64,000 nt of DNA from Candidatus Gastranaerophilales bacterium (lineage in GTDB: Bacteria; Cyanobacteriota; Vampirovibrionia; Gastranaerophilales; Gastranaerophilaceae): NCBI GenBank assembly GCA_944323685.1, contig CALUTJ010000003.1, positions 67,342-131,341 of the forward strand. Direction: 5' to 3'. Under the pieces are notes generated by a model. The model worked only from the letters and a program-made list of their open reading frames with translations, did not search any database and was not told the DNA's origin. Of the stretch, positions 25,947 to 35,646 are shown one piece after another. Every line of letters begins with the position of its first letter. Within the stretch, counting starts at the first letter, position 1. The position numbers and the translations under genes were made by a program.

Positions 25947-26711
25947 ATGACAGAACGTGAAGTTATTACAAGTACAACTAATCCAAAAATCAAAGCGGCA
26001 GCAAAACTTCAGCAAAAAAAATACAGAACACAAACAGGTTTGTTTCTTCTTGAAGGATATAAGCCGATAGAAGAAGCGTGTACTGCTGATGTGGACATAC
26101 AGTGTGTTTATACAACGGAAAAGTACCTGCAAAAATTTGATTTTATAAAAGACAAGGTTATTTTAGTTACGCAGCCAGTGCTGGAAAAAATTTCTACAAC
26201 TGAAAGCATGCCGGAAGCTGTTGCCGTAGCAAAACAAAAAGAGTATACGCTTGATTCAATAAAAAATGCAAAAAAAATTGCTCTTATAGAAAATATCAAA
26301 GATGCGGGCAATCTCGGGACTCTTATCCGTTCTGCTTGTGCGTTTTCGTTTGATGTGATTTGCCTGTGCGCTGACAGCGTTGATGTTTACAACCCTAAGG
26401 TCATTCGCTCAACCGTGGGGGCTTTGTTTAAACTGCCTGTTATAAAAACCTCTTTAAAAGAACTTAAAGATTTATTCCCGTCACACACTTTTATAGCAAG
26501 TGTATTAAATCACAAAGATATTGTTACACCGGAAACTATTGATTATACACAACCTTTTGTGCTGATGCTGGGGTCTGAGGCTGACGGTCTAACAAAAGAC
26601 GCAATTGACGCGGCAGACATAAAAACAACTATTCCTATAAGCTCAAAAACAGAGTCTTTGAACTTAAGCACAGCAGGTTCTATATTGTTTTATATAAGTT
26701 CAAGAAAATGA
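25947..26711 (+). CDS. TrmH/SpoU-family RNA 2'-O-methyltransferase
   Basis: ENIKDAGNLGTLIRSA, LMLGSEADGL, and IPI...ESLNLSTAGSILFY SPOUT motifs. Confidence 0.85.
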   Translation: MTEREVITSTTNPKIKAAAKLQQKKYRTQTGLFLLEGYKPIEEACTADVDIQCVYTTEKYLQKFDFIKDKVILVTQPVLEKISTTESMPEAVAVAKQKEYTLDSIKNAKKIALIENIKDAGNLGTLIRSACAFSFDVICLCADSVDVYNPKVIRSTVGALFKLPVIKTSLKELKDLFPSHTFIASVLNHKDIVTPETIDYTQPFVLMLGSEADGLTKDAIDAADIKTTIPISSKTESLNLSTAGSILFYISSRK

Positions 26712-28325
26712 TTACAAATCCACGGCAAAGAAGGAAATAAATTTATCAAGAAACATTTCTCTTGAAAGCACGATTTCTTTGTCGGTTGTTGGCTCTATCA
26801 GATATACGGAATCACCTGTTATTTGCTTAATACAATAAGCATGGGAGTTTGCAAGTCCCATTTCGTTGTCTTTTTCGCTAAATTCCGTGTACAAATCCCT
26901 CGGCGGAGTGCCGGCTGTAACCATCATTTGTTTAGTTTCCATCTGTTTTTGTAGTTTATTCAATATGTCATCACTTAAGTCATATGCTGACATACCGAAC
27001 ATAATGTTAGAGTCGCACTCTTTACCTGTTAACACCTGTACAACTTCAACTGCGGAACCGCTGTCTATCGGCTGATGCAGCTCTTCCGTTCTGTATTGTT
27101 CATATCCGAGTAAAAATGCCGTAAAATCGGGGTCGCCTGTGCCGAGTCTGCCCATTGCCTTTGCGATTTCTTCTTTTGTAAATGAATACTCTTTGTTTGC
27201 ACCTTTAAAAGTGATTGTTGCAGTGTCGGTTGAGTCATCATATTTAATTGTTTTGCTTAAAACTTCTCTGCCTTTTTCTGTTGATACCAGACTTCTGACG
27301 ACAGAAGCTATGTAGCAGGTACCAGCCTGCCCCTGTTTAAAACTTGTATCTAATTTTCCGTTTAAAAGTTTTTCCTGAAACGGTTTGTTGGCTACAGATT
27401 CGGGGTTTTTGTAATATTCTGTTATTTCACCGTTGGCACCGTATTTGGTGCTGATAAAGATTTCACCGTTTTCGTCATATACGATTCTTTCTTTCATCCG
27501 GCCAATACCGCTATCTGAGATTTCTCTTACTCTGACGGAGCCGTCATCGTTATAATTGTCGAAATAGGTTCTTGAATCTTTCCCTGTATATTTTTTTGCC
27601 TTGACTGTTTTTCCGTCAAACGCGTAACTTGTTTCTTCCACGGACATTACTTCGTACGGGTCTGCAAAAATTCCGTGAGAAAAAACTGTTCCGTCTTTGC
27701 GGTATTTTGTGTTTTCGTAGCGTTTGCCTTCATTTGTTGATATTGACTTTGTGTGTCGTTCTACCGAACCGTCAGCGCGGTAAACTATAGTTTCTTCAGG
27801 TTCGCCGTATAAATAAGTCGTTTCTATTTTGTATCCGTCATCATAGTCCGTTTTAAAATACGGCAATTCTTCACCGTTTTCATAAAACGCCATGGAAATA
27901 AGTTCGCCGGTTTCAGGGTCAAGTTCTTCTGCTTCTTTTTTACCGAAAGGGCTTTCTGTGTAGTAAATTTCTTGTAATATTACTGCTCCGTTGCTGTTTT
28001 TTTCTTCGGCTTTTTCAACGATACTGGTACCGGCTTTTATAAATTCCGTTCTTGTATCACCGTAGGAGTACTTGATTTCTCGTGAAATAAGAGAATCATC
28101 TTTGCTTCTGTAGGTAAGTATAACGTCATTGCCGTCAGCGTCCTTTGACTTTTTGGTATAGGTTTTTGGTGTGTTGTCCTGAGTTTCGGAATGTTTTTCT
28201 AACTGTATACCGTCATCACTGTTAAACTCCGCCGCGAACATGGCCTCTTTTTTTACATCGGAAGCTTGCGCAGAGGAATCAACATTTGTTAAATATAAAG
28301 ATTCATTAATTTTTTCTACTTTCAT
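26712..28325 (-). CDS. repeat-rich protein with C-terminal papain/calpain-like cysteine protease domain
   Basis: About 300 aa of YD/MORN-like beta-hairpin repeats (IVYRADGSVERH, YRKDGTVFSHG, YNDDGSVRVREI, VYDENGEIFISTKYGANGEITEYY). These are followed by QGQAGTCYIASV (Gln-x5-Cys) and NSHAYCI. No signal peptide. Confidence 0.5.
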   Translation of the reverse strand: MKVEKINESLYLTNVDSSAQASDVKKEAMFAAEFNSDDGIQLEKHSETQDNTPKTYTKKSKDADGNDVILTYRSKDDSLISREIKYSYGDTRTEFIKAGTSIVEKAEEKNSNGAVILQEIYYTESPFGKKEAEELDPETGELISMAFYENGEELPYFKTDYDDGYKIETTYLYGEPEETIVYRADGSVERHTKSISTNEGKRYENTKYRKDGTVFSHGIFADPYEVMSVEETSYAFDGKTVKAKKYTGKDSRTYFDNYNDDGSVRVREISDSGIGRMKERIVYDENGEIFISTKYGANGEITEYYKNPESVANKPFQEKLLNGKLDTSFKQGQAGTCYIASVVRSLVSTEKGREVLSKTIKYDDSTDTATITFKGANKEYSFTKEEIAKAMGRLGTGDPDFTAFLLGYEQYRTEELHQPIDSGSAVEVVQVLTGKECDSNIMFGMSAYDLSDDILNKLQKQMETKQMMVTAGTPPRDLYTEFSEKDNEMGLANSHAYCIKQITGDSVYLIEPTTDKEIVLSREMFLDKFISFFAVDL

Positions 28326-28528
28326 ACTGTTTTATATCGACAAAATTTGTATAAAGTTTATATAAATCAAGTGCAATTGTAACAAATGTTAATAAGAATT
28401 ACGCCTGTAGGGCTAAATTTGTATAAATTTTGGTATTATCATTTGTTTTTTTGTTACAATGATAAAGTTATTTTTAGTATCGACTAATTAATTATAGACA
28501 ATAAACTAGGGGTATAGAGAGGCCAAAG

Positions 28529-29839
28529 ATGAAAAACAAAAAATTATTGATGTTTTGGTTGATTATTGCACTTGCCGTAGCTGCGGCTGTCGTAATCATC
28601 AAAAAGCCTACAAAACTCGGTTTAGACCTTGTAGGCGGTTCAAGACTCGTGCTCGAAGCACAAACTACCGACACTATTGCAAAAATCACACCTGACATGA
28701 TGAGCAGTTTGCAATTTGCCATCGAAAACAGAGTAAATGCTCTCGGTGTTGCGGAAACCGTTGTTCAACAAAACGGAGAAAAACGTTTGCTGGTAGAAAT
28801 TCCTAATATTTCAGATCCGGCAAAAGCAAAAGAATTTTTAGGCGAAACAGCCGAACTTGAATTTAAAAAACCGTTAGATAACCAGTATGGTGCTACAGGC
28901 TGGCTGCCAACGGGTTTGACGGGTAAAGACGTTAGAAAAGCGCTGATATCAACAAACCCCGGAGGACAATGGGTTGTTGCACTTGAATTTAACGATAAAG
29001 GTACAAAAAAATTCGGCGAACTGACTCAACAGCTTGTCGGAAAACCGATGGCAATTTTCTTTAACGGAGAATTGCAATCAGCGCCTGTTATACAAGAACC
29101 TATCTTGGGCGGGCATGCTCAAATTTCAGGCGGTGACAGCGGATTTGCTTACGAAGAAGCTAAAAAGATGGTAGACTTGCTTAACGCAGGTGCACTGCCT
29201 GTTCCGGCAAAAATTATTGAAGAAAGTTTGGTAGGGCCTACATTAGGCGCAGACAGTATCGCTAAAAGTAAAACAGCCGGTATTATCGGTATCGGGCTTG
29301 TTATGATATTTATGTTGTTGTACTATCGCTTGCCGGGCTTTGTTGCAGACATTGCTTTGATTATTTATTCATTGCTTGTGTTTGCAGTCTTCAAGATTGT
29401 TCCCGTAACCTTGACGCTTGCAGGTATTGCCGGTTTCATTTTGAGTATCGGTATGGCTGTTGACGCTAACATTCTTATTTTTGAGAGAACAAAAGAAGAG
29501 TTAAAAGCCGGCAGAACACTGTTCACAGCGATTAATGCGGGTTTTGACAGAGCCTTCACCAGTATTTTTGACTCTAATATGACAACAATCATTACCTGTG
29601 TAATCTTGTATTTCTTAGGTACAAGCATTGTTAAAGGCTTTGCTTTAACACTTATTATCGGTGTTTTAATCAGTATGTTTACGGCAATCACCGTAACCAA
29701 AAACTTTATGCACCTTCTCTTCGGCGCAGGTCAATTGAAACACCCGGGCTGGTTTGGTATCAAGCAGTCTGAAATAGGCAAGGCTTATGAAGCTACCGAA
29801 ACTAAGAAAGAAAAAGCTAAATTCGGTATTTTAGACTAA
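28529..29839 (+). CDS. secD: protein translocase subunit SecD
   Basis: LGLDLVGGSRLVLEA. C-terminal 6-TM RND-like domain (DANILIFERTKEE). Confidence 0.9.
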   Translation: MKNKKLLMFWLIIALAVAAAVVIIKKPTKLGLDLVGGSRLVLEAQTTDTIAKITPDMMSSLQFAIENRVNALGVAETVVQQNGEKRLLVEIPNISDPAKAKEFLGETAELEFKKPLDNQYGATGWLPTGLTGKDVRKALISTNPGGQWVVALEFNDKGTKKFGELTQQLVGKPMAIFFNGELQSAPVIQEPILGGHAQISGGDSGFAYEEAKKMVDLLNAGALPVPAKIIEESLVGPTLGADSIAKSKTAGIIGIGLVMIFMLLYYRLPGFVADIALIIYSLLVFAVFKIVPVTLTLAGIAGFILSIGMAVDANILIFERTKEELKAGRTLFTAINAGFDRAFTSIFDSNMTTIITCVILYFLGTSIVKGFALTLIIGVLISMFTAITVTKNFMHLLFGAGQLKHPGWFGIKQSEIGKAYEATETKKEKAKFGILD

Positions 29840-29869
29840 CTGACGGATTTAATCTAAGGAGAAATTATA

Positions 29870-30886
29870 ATGAGTGAAACAGTTTTACATCAACATAAAT
29901 GGATTGATGTCGTAAAATACAGATGGGTCTGGTTCGGGCTGTCATTGCTTTTAATCGTCCCCGGAATCGTTGCAATGGGTTATCTTATGATAAATTCCCC
30001 GCAGCATTTGCCTGTTAAAGTCGGCATTGATTTCACCGGCGGCACAATCACACAGTACTCGGTATCAAAAGACGTTTCTAATGATGAGGTTGAAGTTTTA
30101 AGAGATAAACTGAATAAAGCGGGGATAGAAAATCCTGTTATTCAGGTTTTAAAATCAAACAATACGATTTCTAAAGCGGAAAACATTAAACCGACTACGG
30201 TAATATCTGTAAAAACAGCATTCAAAAGCAACGATAAAACATCTGAACAAAAAATTGCGGATGTTGTAAAAGCTGACTATCCGGAAGCAGAGCTTGTGCA
30301 GGTAAGTTCAATCGGGCCTTCTTTAGGTAAAGAGTTGTTTGTAAACTCAATGTATGCGCTTGCTCTTGCGTTTTTGGGTATTGTTGTTTACCTGTCTTTC
30401 AGATTTCAGGTTGACTATGCTGTTATCGCATTGATATCACTGGCGCATGATGCGTTTTTCGTGCTCGGATTTTTTGCAATCTTAGGTATATTCTTTGATG
30501 TGCACATAGACGCATTGTTCATAACCGCAGTGCTTACTGTAATAGGTTTTTCAAACCACGATACTATCGTTGTGTTTGACAGAATCAGAGAAAACTCAAG
30601 ATTTCTGGCTAAAAAAGCTACTTTCCCCGAGATTGTTAACGCAAGTGTAAACCAGACTCTTGCAAGAAGTATAAACACTTCTTTAACAACCTTGATTACT
30701 CTTTTGGCGTTGTATTTCTTCGGCGGTGAAACAACCAAAGAGTTTGTACTTGCAATGATTGTCGGTATTGCAATCGGTACATATTCAAGTATTTTCTTTG
30801 CTTCTACCCTGCTTGACTGGTGGAGAGAGCACAAAGACTCTCAAAAATCCACATCTTCAAGAAGAAATGAAGCATTGCAGGTGTAA
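29870..30886 (+). CDS. secF: protein translocase subunit SecF
   Basis: GIDFTGGT, HDTIVVFDRIREN, multi-TM profile, adjacent to secD. Confidence 0.9.
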   Translation: MSETVLHQHKWIDVVKYRWVWFGLSLLLIVPGIVAMGYLMINSPQHLPVKVGIDFTGGTITQYSVSKDVSNDEVEVLRDKLNKAGIENPVIQVLKSNNTISKAENIKPTTVISVKTAFKSNDKTSEQKIADVVKADYPEAELVQVSSIGPSLGKELFVNSMYALALAFLGIVVYLSFRFQVDYAVIALISLAHDAFFVLGFFAILGIFFDVHIDALFITAVLTVIGFSNHDTIVVFDRIRENSRFLAKKATFPEIVNASVNQTLARSINTSLTTLITLLALYFFGGETTKEFVLAMIVGIAIGTYSSIFFASTLLDWWREHKDSQKSTSSRRNEALQV

Positions 30887-30889
30887 ACA

Positions 30890-31318
30890 ATGAGCGAAGG
30901 ACAAACAGAAATCGCACTGGCACAATTTGTTTCTCAAACAAGAGAAAAACTCGGTTTATCACAGACAGGGCTGGCTAAAAAGTCGGCTCTGTCTTTAAAA
31001 ACCATAGAAGACATAGAATCAGGACAGGAGCTTTTTTTGGCTTCCACAATACGTCAGAAATTGGCAAGAGGCTTAAAGCTTAACCCCGCAGATATAAAGA
31101 AATACGAAAAACACCCGAACTTATCACTTCTGCCTGATAATGAGGCCAGTTTGTATATCAAAACAAAGATTCTTGCCCATGACATAGCTGATCTCGAGTG
31201 TCCTGTCTGCGGTTCAAAACTTATAACAAGAATTGCAAAAATGTATGATTTGGAAGACAATCTTGTGCTTGTCCCGAAAGCACGCTGTACAAAATGTCCG
31301 TACCAGATTAAAGGTTAG
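30890..31318 (+). CDS. XRE-type HTH protein with C-terminal zinc-ribbon
   Basis: REKLGLSQTGLAKKSALSLKTIEDIESG is the HTH. CPVCGS...CTKCPY gives CxxC..CxxC. Confidence 0.6.
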   Translation: MSEGQTEIALAQFVSQTREKLGLSQTGLAKKSALSLKTIEDIESGQELFLASTIRQKLARGLKLNPADIKKYEKHPNLSLLPDNEASLYIKTKILAHDIADLECPVCGSKLITRIAKMYDLEDNLVLVPKARCTKCPYQIKG

Positions 31319-31364
31319 TTTTTAGCCTTTGGCTTCATTGTTATTTTTAATATAAAATATCCGT

Positions 31365-32243
31365 ATGGACAAAAGTTTGACAAATTTTTTTGAAATATCA
31401 GACAAAATGGAAAAATCTGACGGTTGTTTTTTTACAACTGATTTTGCCGTGCAGGGCTTTTGTATTGAACTTTCATATTCGCGCAGGGATTTTATTAAAG
31501 ATGTTAGTAATATTTTAAAAACATTTCCCCAAGAAGAACACAAGAATTTAACAAAGCCTTTTAATTTTGTTATTGAAAGCGGTTTGCTAAACGGCTGCCC
31601 GACAATTAATAACGCTGCAAACAGTGAAATTAACAACTGCGTTAAAAAATTCATTTTGAACAACAACACGTCAATTAAAGGGAACAAAGAACTGTCTGCC
31701 TGCCTTGAAGTAATAACAGAGACTTTCCCCGAGTTTTATGCTTTAATCGGTAAAGCACAGCACCATACACACGATTATACTGTTGATGTGCATACGTTAA
31801 AAGTTTTGCAAGGGGTAATGACGGATAAAAGGTTCAAATTGTTGAGTTTTAACGATAAAAAAGTCCTTGAAATCGCAATACTGTTGCATGATTTAACTAA
31901 AAGAGAAGCAGAAATAGACAAAACTCACCCGGAATGCTCTGCTAATGAGGCGAAAGAAATTTTAAAAAGATTTGATATTTCTCAAAATTTAAAAGACAGG
32001 ATTGTACTGATTATAAGACAACACGACTGGCTTGAACGCTATAACAAAGGGCTTACACCGCCAGAAGAATTTGCGCGTCTTTTAAAAGACGGCAATAACT
32101 TTTTAATGGAATGCATTCTGGCTCAAGCTGATTTAAAAGCAGTGCAGCGAAGCGGATTTTTCTACGAAAAATTTAAAGATGTGCTGACTCAAGGCGAACG
32201 AGAGATAAGCTTTTTGATTAACAAAGGTCTTTATGTAGCCTAA
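31365..32243 (+). CDS. HD-domain phosphohydrolase-like protein
   Basis: HHTHDYTVDVHT...LLHDLTK...RQHDW. The overlapping antisense ORF 31322..31687 is rejected. Confidence 0.55.
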   Translation: MDKSLTNFFEISDKMEKSDGCFFTTDFAVQGFCIELSYSRRDFIKDVSNILKTFPQEEHKNLTKPFNFVIESGLLNGCPTINNAANSEINNCVKKFILNNNTSIKGNKELSACLEVITETFPEFYALIGKAQHHTHDYTVDVHTLKVLQGVMTDKRFKLLSFNDKKVLEIAILLHDLTKREAEIDKTHPECSANEAKEILKRFDISQNLKDRIVLIIRQHDWLERYNKGLTPPEEFARLLKDGNNFLMECILAQADLKAVQRSGFFYEKFKDVLTQGEREISFLINKGLYVA

Positions 32244-32244
32244 C

Positions 32245-33201
32245 CTACATTCCTATATTCTGTTCAAGTTTTAATGTGTCAATAAGTTCTAAGATAGAGG
32301 CGAATTCTTCCATCATTGTTTTAAACTGTTCGTAATCGGCAATCGGACGCCACAGTTTGCCTACTTTAAACAAATCTCTGTTCGTAGAAATTGCAAGCAG
32401 TATGCCCTGTTCAGAGATTGAAGCTTCTATTTTGGAAGCTTTAAACGCAAGTTTTATATTCTTAAATCTTTCCATAAACGCAGTTGTCAGCACATATCTG
32501 GCTTCTATCTGGTCGTTTGAGTAGACATTGTATTCTTTTTCAAATTCTAAATCTTCAAGATTAACGTATTTCAACGCTTTTGGTGACATGTTAATGATTT
32601 TCTTTTTTTAAATAAGTGTTAGGCCTTTATATTTCCTTGGCGGAATCAGTTTAACAATAACACCATTAAACTTTACAACCGGAAACGGCAAACCAATGCC
32701 GACCAGATTCAATTTCAGTTCGTTTATATCAATTGCTACATTTTTATAAACACCTTGAAAACATTCATCTGCATTAACTTCGTTAAATCTGCTGACCAGT
32801 TTAGATGCTCTTATTAATTTACAAATTTTATAGCCAAGAGACGTTATATTCAAAGACGACCACTTAAACAGCGGAATATTTTTTAGCAAGATAGGCATTA
32901 TCAAGCTTTTTATATGTGATTCAAATGGCATTACAAACCAAGGTATTGAACCAAGAATTAACACTACACCCAGCAAGCCAATAACGCCTGATAAAAGATT
33001 TGTCACCAAATTATATGAACTAAATACATGAGTTATTCCGAATGAAATTATGAACAAAAAAATTCCAAAGAAGAACCAGACTATACAACCTGCAATTGTA
33101 TCTTTACGATCTTCTTCAACACGATGAAATTCCAGAGCCGGCAAAATTTCACTATAATAAACACTGTCAAAATTTTTTCTGAATTCTTCCACGCTTTGCA
33201 T
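32245..33201 (-). pseudogene. membrane protein (DUF3137-like, from memory) interrupted by one in-frame TAA
   Basis: ORFs 32608..33201 and 32245..32589 are in the same frame. They are separated only by TAA (32610-32608) plus 6 sense codons. The sequence continues ...KGLTLI*KKKIINMSPKALKYVNLEDLEFEKEYNVYSNDQIEARYVL. Confidence 0.5.
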
Positions 33202-33271
33202 AATGCTTAAATATTAAAGTACTTTTCTTGCTGTTTAAACCTCTAAAGATATTAGATGTTATAATAAATCT

Positions 33272-34402
33272 ATGTTCATAAAATCAATAGAGCTCAAAAA
33301 TTACAGAAACTACAAAGACCTAAAGCTGGAATTTTCAAAAGAAAAAATTCTTTTAATAGGTAAAAACGCACAGGGCAAAACAAATTTGCTTGAGGCTATG
33401 TATTATTTGTCATGCTTAAATTCCTCACGTGCAAAAACTGACAGCGAGCTTATTATGTGGAATGAACAGGCAGCAAAGTTAAAGGCACTTGTGCTGAAAG
33501 AAGATTTTGAAAAAGAATTAGAGGTTTTGATTAATCCACCCAAACGCAAGGAATTGAAAGTCAACGGCATAAAAAAATCCAAATCAGCGGAATTTTGTAC
33601 AAATTTAAGTGTGGTTTCTTTTTCCGTAAATGATTTGCTGCTTTTAAGAGGCGTACCCGATGACAGGCGCAGCTGGCTCGATATGGCAATAAGCCAGATA
33701 TATCCTGCATACCCCGACAGGTTGTCAAAGTATAATAAAATCCGAACCCAAAAGAATAACCACTTAAAAGATATAAAAGGCAATATTAATGCGGATACAT
33801 CTCTTCTTGAGGTTTTTAATACCCAGATGGCAGTATCGGGCAGCAATATTATATTTTTAAGATTGAAATTTTTAAAAGAGCTGCAAAAAATTGCAATGGA
33901 AAAACATCTTCAAATCGCTTCATCAGAAATTTTAACGACATTTTATAACTCTACGGTGCTCGGTGATGTCGATTTTTCACTGCAATCAGATTTTAATGCA
34001 GAAGATATTGCGCAAAAGTTTGCAGAAAAACTAAAAGAAAGACAGCTTGAAGAGATAATACGTGCTCAGGCGCTTGTAGGCCCGCACAGAGATGACGTAT
34101 CCTTTTTTATAAACGATATTGAGGCAAAAAAATTTGCCTCTCAAGGCCAGCAACGAACAATAGTGTTGAGTCTTAAGTTAGCGGAACTTGAACTCGTTAA
34201 AGAAAAAATCGGCGATACTCCGGTTTTGTTATTGGATGACGTCCTCGCAGAGCTTGACGACATAAGGCAGAACTATCTTTTAAACGCTATTGGAGAAAAA
34301 ACACAAACCATTATTACCTCTGTCGATACGTTGCATTTTGACGAGGAATATTTAAAAGATGTAGAGATATTTAAAATTTCTAACGGAGAGATTGTTGCTT
34401 AA
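33272..34402 (+). CDS. recF: DNA replication and repair protein RecF
   Basis: LKNYRNY, GKNAQGKTNLLEA, GPHRDD, FASQGQQRT, LLLDDVLAELD. Confidence 0.9.
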   Translation: MFIKSIELKNYRNYKDLKLEFSKEKILLIGKNAQGKTNLLEAMYYLSCLNSSRAKTDSELIMWNEQAAKLKALVLKEDFEKELEVLINPPKRKELKVNGIKKSKSAEFCTNLSVVSFSVNDLLLLRGVPDDRRSWLDMAISQIYPAYPDRLSKYNKIRTQKNNHLKDIKGNINADTSLLEVFNTQMAVSGSNIIFLRLKFLKELQKIAMEKHLQIASSEILTTFYNSTVLGDVDFSLQSDFNAEDIAQKFAEKLKERQLEEIIRAQALVGPHRDDVSFFINDIEAKKFASQGQQRTIVLSLKLAELELVKEKIGDTPVLLLDDVLAELDDIRQNYLLNAIGEKTQTIITSVDTLHFDEEYLKDVEIFKISNGEIVA

Positions 34403-34996
34403 CTACATAGGATAGTTAGCAGCTGTGTAATCTTCCTGCTGACTTTGCATTTGAGCGTTGCTGTTTGAGCCTGCGCTTGTTTTGAGTTTTTCTAAGTACA
34501 ATTGTCCGTTTTTAACAATAGTTTGAAGCTGTGTTAAGTCGCCTTCTATATTGTTTAGGACCTGTTCAGCATAGTTTTCCGCACCTTCTTTTATGTGATG
34601 CGCTTCATCTTCTGCCTGAATTTTTATTCTTTTAGCTTCTTCAATAGTGTTATCTCTAAGCTGCTGGCATTCCGCAAGAACCTGTTCCTTGATTCTTTCG
34701 GCTTCTCTTTGCACCTGACTTAACAGTTCCGATTCGCTTAATATTTTTTCAGCCTCGTTTCTTGCTTCGGCAATAACACGTTCTGCTCTTTGCTGCGCTT
34801 CGATTTGGATTTCTTCGCGTCTTCTTAAAATAGACTCGGCTTCTTTTATATCTTCGGGAATAGAAGCATCAATTCTGTCTAAGATTGCTTCCATTTCTGA
34901 ACTTTTAACCATGACAAAACCCGGCAGGAAGTGGAACCCCTTGTCTAATATAAGATTGGCTCTGCCTAAGAGTTCTTTGATTCTAAGTTGTGTCAT
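34403..34996 (-). CDS. hypothetical coiled-coil protein (E/A/Q/R-rich, ATPase stalk-subunit-like composition)
   Basis: Long heptad-like E/R/A-rich region. No catalytic motif. Confidence 0.4.
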   Translation of the reverse strand: MTQLRIKELLGRANLILDKGFHFLPGFVMVKSSEMEAILDRIDASIPEDIKEAESILRRREEIQIEAQQRAERVIAEARNEAEKILSESELLSQVQREAERIKEQVLAECQQLRDNTIEEAKRIKIQAEDEAHHIKEGAENYAEQVLNNIEGDLTQLQTIVKNGQLYLEKLKTSAGSNSNAQMQSQQEDYTAANYPM

Positions 34997-35004
34997 AATT
35001 GTTC

Positions 35005-35493
35005 TTACCTTTCTTGTATATTATTAAAATATTTTACCACACTTTCGGGAACAAATTTCGAAATGTCCCCTCCGTATTTTGCAATTTCTTTAACAGTACT
35101 TGAGGAAATGAAGTTATACTTGGGTTTTGTGATTAAAAATACGGTGGTAATATTTGGAGCAAGCGAGTTGTTTGTTTGTGACAACTGCATTTCGTATTCA
35201 AAATCAGAAACCGCCCTCAACCCTCTGATTAAGATATCAGAACCGACCTGCTTTGCATATTCGATAGTAAGACCATCAAAGCTGTCCACCTCGACATTAT
35301 CCAATTTCATTTCCTTCAGAGCATCTTTTATTAATGCTACTCTGTCTTGAGTCGGAAGAAGCCCTGTTTTGGCTTCATTTCTCAAAACAGCAATAATGAC
35401 CCTGTCAAACAGTTTAGATGCTTTATGAAGCACATCTAAATGTCCTTTTGTTATGGGGTCAAAACTTCCGGGATATATTGCCGTTTTTTTCAT
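35005..35493 (-). CDS. coaD: phosphopantetheine adenylyltransferase
   Basis: AIYPGSFDPITKGHLDV (T/HxGH), RGLRAVSDFEYE, ISSSTVKE. Confidence 0.95.
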   Translation of the reverse strand: MKKTAIYPGSFDPITKGHLDVLHKASKLFDRVIIAVLRNEAKTGLLPTQDRVALIKDALKEMKLDNVEVDSFDGLTIEYAKQVGSDILIRGLRAVSDFEYEMQLSQTNNSLAPNITTVFLITKPKYNFISSSTVKEIAKYGGDISKFVPESVVKYFNNIQER

Positions 35494-35646
35494 GTCGGGT
35501 ACTCATTTTTATATCTGATAAATATAATTATATTATCTCAATATTAAAATATTGCGATTTTATACAGAATTGTTTATTATTGTTACAAATCAATATAATA
35601 TTTTTGGTATAATTTAACTGTAAACACATATTCAGAGGACAGAGGT

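Noticed and set aside
32608-32610. TAA reassignment or an alternative genetic code.
   Set aside because: Many well-conserved genes in the window end normally at TAA at the expected length, for example flagellin (TAG), typA and flgE. A single in-frame TAA is better explained by mutation or error.
33272-34402. RecF-like ATPase as part of a defence system with the neighbouring HD and XRE genes.
   Set aside because: The sequence carries all canonical RecF motifs and has the expected length. The neighbours are on different strands or transcription units.
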